Source of the DNA: Candidatus Krumholzibacteriia bacterium
GTDB lineage: Bacteria > Krumholzibacteriota > Krumholzibacteriia > LZORAL124-64-63
Length of the DNA: 64,000 nt
Direction: 5' to 3'
NCBI GenBank assembly: GCA_041390065.1
Contig: JAWKQQ010000006.1
Location: 194 to 64,193, forward strand
Both the position numbers and the translations under genes were made by a program. This document shows positions 61,954 to 64,000 of the stretch, piece by piece. The stretch's first letter is position 1, and the number at the start of each line of letters is the position of its first letter. The notes beneath the pieces were generated by a model. The model did not search any database. It had not been told where the DNA came from and worked only from the letters and a program-made list of their open reading frames with translations.

Positions 61954-62990
61954 GGCGGGTGCGCATTACCGTGGCCAGATCAGGTCGCTTCCCGTGGGCC
62001 CTTGGACGTCTCGTGCCTTCCTGAACCAACCTTGTCTCCAGGAAGCTCGGGTTGTAGAGAATCCGAAACCAGTTGGTAACGCATTCTCCATTCGGCATCT
62101 CGCTGCTGAAATCCGGGTTCCCATTGGAGGACCAATAATCGCCGCCAACCCCAGACGCATACTGGATCGCTGCGATCTGCCCGTGAAGAGTCCTCCACCT
62201 CCAGGAGGATCTCGTCGACGAGCACCGAATTGGCAGGCCCCGACCATGACCGGGGCCTGCATACCCTCCATGGATCCGTCTCTACCCATGCTTCCGCGCA
62301 ACCTCATCGATGAACGTCGCCAGAGCCTCCGCCCCCGCCACGGGCATGGTGTTCTTTACACGCTCGCCCCGGCATCTGCCAACCGAATGGCGCCCCTGCA
62401 GGCCGTCCGAAAGCTCGGCCGTTGCCTCGGCGACGTACTGCTTCACTAGATCCTCCGAGGGAAGGCGCCACGTCACCTTCATCTAGCTGCGGCAGTGCCC
62501 GACCACCGAGCAGTGGCAGACGCCGCCATGCTCGTTGAAACCTACCAGCACGAGCTTGGACGCCCTGACGCGGAACAAGGGTGGCGTGTTGCCGAGTGAG
62601 TCCCGTGGCGAGTGGGTATTCTAGCCCAGGTAGGCCGGCCAGACGTCTGGGCACGACTGGAGCTGGTTGTCTCTCAGGAACAAGGACACGCTCGCCGGAC
62701 GCGGGTTCTTCCGGGCGCCCGCGTAGGTCACGCCGGCCTACTCGAGTGGCAGTTCCCGCCCAAGGAAGTCGCTACTCATGCCGCAGCCGATGGGCACATC
62801 TACGTTGGGCCACTCCTGCCAATGCAGGCCGCCGATGGTCTCGTAGTTGGCGAGGGGCAGGAGAACTCCACAAACACGATCTTCGCGGTCAACTCGCTGC
62901 GGTTCATGGGGATCGTGGGTGAATCGGGTCCCAGGGCGAGGCGTGGAGGCTCGTGGCCGAGATGGCCAGGAGAACCAGCAGGAAACGCAT
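61940..62990 (-). pseudogene. Decayed or unusually coded secreted-protein gene(s); one minus-strand frame interrupted only by TAG
   Basis: The ATG at comp(62988-62990) opens MRFLLVLLAISATSLHA (signal-like) but stops after 28 codons. After about two frame changes, a coding-like frame runs to 61940 with in-frame TAGs at comp 62738-40, 62621-23, 62483-85 and 62282-84. ORF 62282..62482 (MKVTWRLPSEDLV...) is one piece. No family recognised. Confidence 0.3.
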
Positions 62991-63253
62991 GAATGTTGCG
63001 GAAATGGAGCAAGTCGGACGACGCACGACAGCCCTCCCCCAGGCTGAAGATCGTGTCAGGCCGGTAAGATGAGAGCGCCTGGCCTCAATGGAGCCAATCC
63101 TACCACTTTAAGATTAGGGGGGGGCAAGTAAAGAGTTCCGAAATTCCAGCGAAGCAGGCCGTGGCCCGAGGATTCGCGGCAGTTCCAGGCGGGTCGAGGG
63201 CGTCTCGCCGGAGTATGAGCCACCGGGCCGATCTCGGATCGCCCGACAACGAC

Positions 63254-63289
63254 GAGACCGACCATCACGCTTTCGCGATGGCCGGTCTC
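63254..63289 (-). terminator. Hairpin after fba
   Basis: Minus strand: GAGACCGGCCATCGCG-AAAG-CGTGATGGTCGGTCTC (16-bp stem with two G-U pairs), about 25 nt after the fba stop. Weak U-tract. Confidence 0.45.
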
Positions 63290-63314
63290 GTTTCCTTCCT
63301 GCCAGTCTCCAGTG

Positions 63315-64000
63315 TCAGCCGCCGTACCGCGCCGCCATGTCCACCAGACTGATGGCCTTGATCTTGTCCGCCCACCCCGCCTGCCCGAAGGCGATCATCC
63401 GCGCCTCCACGACCGCGGCCATGGCCTCCCGCGCCGGCTTCATGTAGTCGCGCGGGTCGAACTTGGCCGGGGTCTCGGCGAACACCTTGCGGATGGCGCC
63501 GGTGATGGCCAGGCGGTTGTCGGTGTCGACGTTGATCTTGCGCACGCCGTGCTTGATGCCGCGCTGGATCTGGTCGACGGGCACGCCGTAGCTCTCCTTG
63601 AGGTCACCACCGTACTGGTTGATGATCTCCACGAGCTCCCGCGGCACCGAGCTCGAGCCGTGCATCACCAGGTGGCAGTTGGGCAGCTTGGCGTGGATCT
63701 TCTCGATGACGTCCATCTTCAGGACGTCGCCCGTGGGCTTCTTGGTGAACTTGTAGGCGCCGTGGCTGGTGCCGATGGCCACGGCCAGCGCATCGCACCC
63801 GGTGGCCTCGACGAACTCGCCGGCCTGGTCGGGGTCGGTCAGGTGCGCGAGGGCCTCGTCGCCCGACAGGCCCGCGCCGTGGCCGTCCTCGATGCCGCCC
63901 AGGCAGCCCAGCTCGGCCTCCACCGTCACGCCCAGCGTGTGGGCCACCTCGACCACCTTCCTGGTGACCTCGACGTTGTACTCATAGCTGGCCGGGGTCT
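63315..64000 (-). CDS. fba: Fructose-bisphosphate aldolase class II, C-terminal part; gene continues beyond window end
   Basis: [50 protein letters not shown]. The frame is open to the window edge. Confidence 0.9.
   Translation of the reverse strand, partial: TPASYEYNVEVTRKVVEVAHTLGVTVEAELGCLGGIEDGHGAGLSGDEALAHLTDPDQAGEFVEATGCDALAVAIGTSHGAYKFTKKPTGDVLKMDVIEKIHAKLPNCHLVMHGSSSVPRELVEIINQYGGDLKESYGVPVDQIQRGIKHGVRKINVDTDNRLAITGAIRKVFAETPAKFDPRDYMKPAREAMAAVVEARMIAFGQAGWADKIKAISLVDMAARYGG

Noticed and set aside
61934-62449. Plus-strand ORFs 61934..62449 and 62612..62992 as genes of the island.
   Set aside because: Their composition is not coding-like and they carry no motifs. The minus-strand frame over the same bases is more protein-like, though interrupted.

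Overview
GC-rich bacterial chromosomal fragment (roughly two-thirds G+C by eye, not computed). It is gene-dense, mostly on the minus strand, with many 4-nt ATGA/GTGA start/stop overlaps. Opposite-strand shadow ORFs are abundant and are ignored here.

Recognisable housekeeping genes: lepA (5' fragment), glmS, glmM-like, uvrA, galE, mazG, waaA plus a GT9 heptosyltransferase, queC/queE, nagZ-like, spoIID-like, mltG, ruvX, lspA, dksA-like, ileS, punA, divIVA, yggS, fusA-like, kbl and fba (truncated at the window end). There are two histidine-kinase/response-regulator pairs, an RsbW/RsbV-like pair, and five tRNAs (Sec, Thr, Phe, Asp, Val).

Three large secreted proteins end in a FlgD-Ig/T9SS-type C-terminal domain. 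This, with dockerin and TSP3 repeats, suggests an FCB-superphylum-like or Gemmatimonadota-like organism (inference only).

Best candidate for something undescribed: the minus-strand cluster at 31.9-40.6 kb. It runs dockerin-repeat protein, then four tandem, divergent, individually terminated paralogs of an unrecognised ~200-aa secreted protein, then a 1442-aa gingipain-like C25 protease. The four paralogs share a C-terminal tail and a structured 5' leader.

Second region of interest: a visibly less GC-rich island at about 56.7-63.3 kb between kbl and fba. It holds a 5'-truncated IS110-type transposase remnant, a 4x lectin-like-repeat secreted protein, a divergent membrane-tethered XRE regulator with a beta-propeller-like ectodomain, and a decayed stretch whose best frame is broken only by TAG codons.

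Caveat: at least six genes carry local frame disruptions, where examined at short G/C runs. They most likely reflect homopolymer indel errors, so pseudogene calls should be checked against reads.
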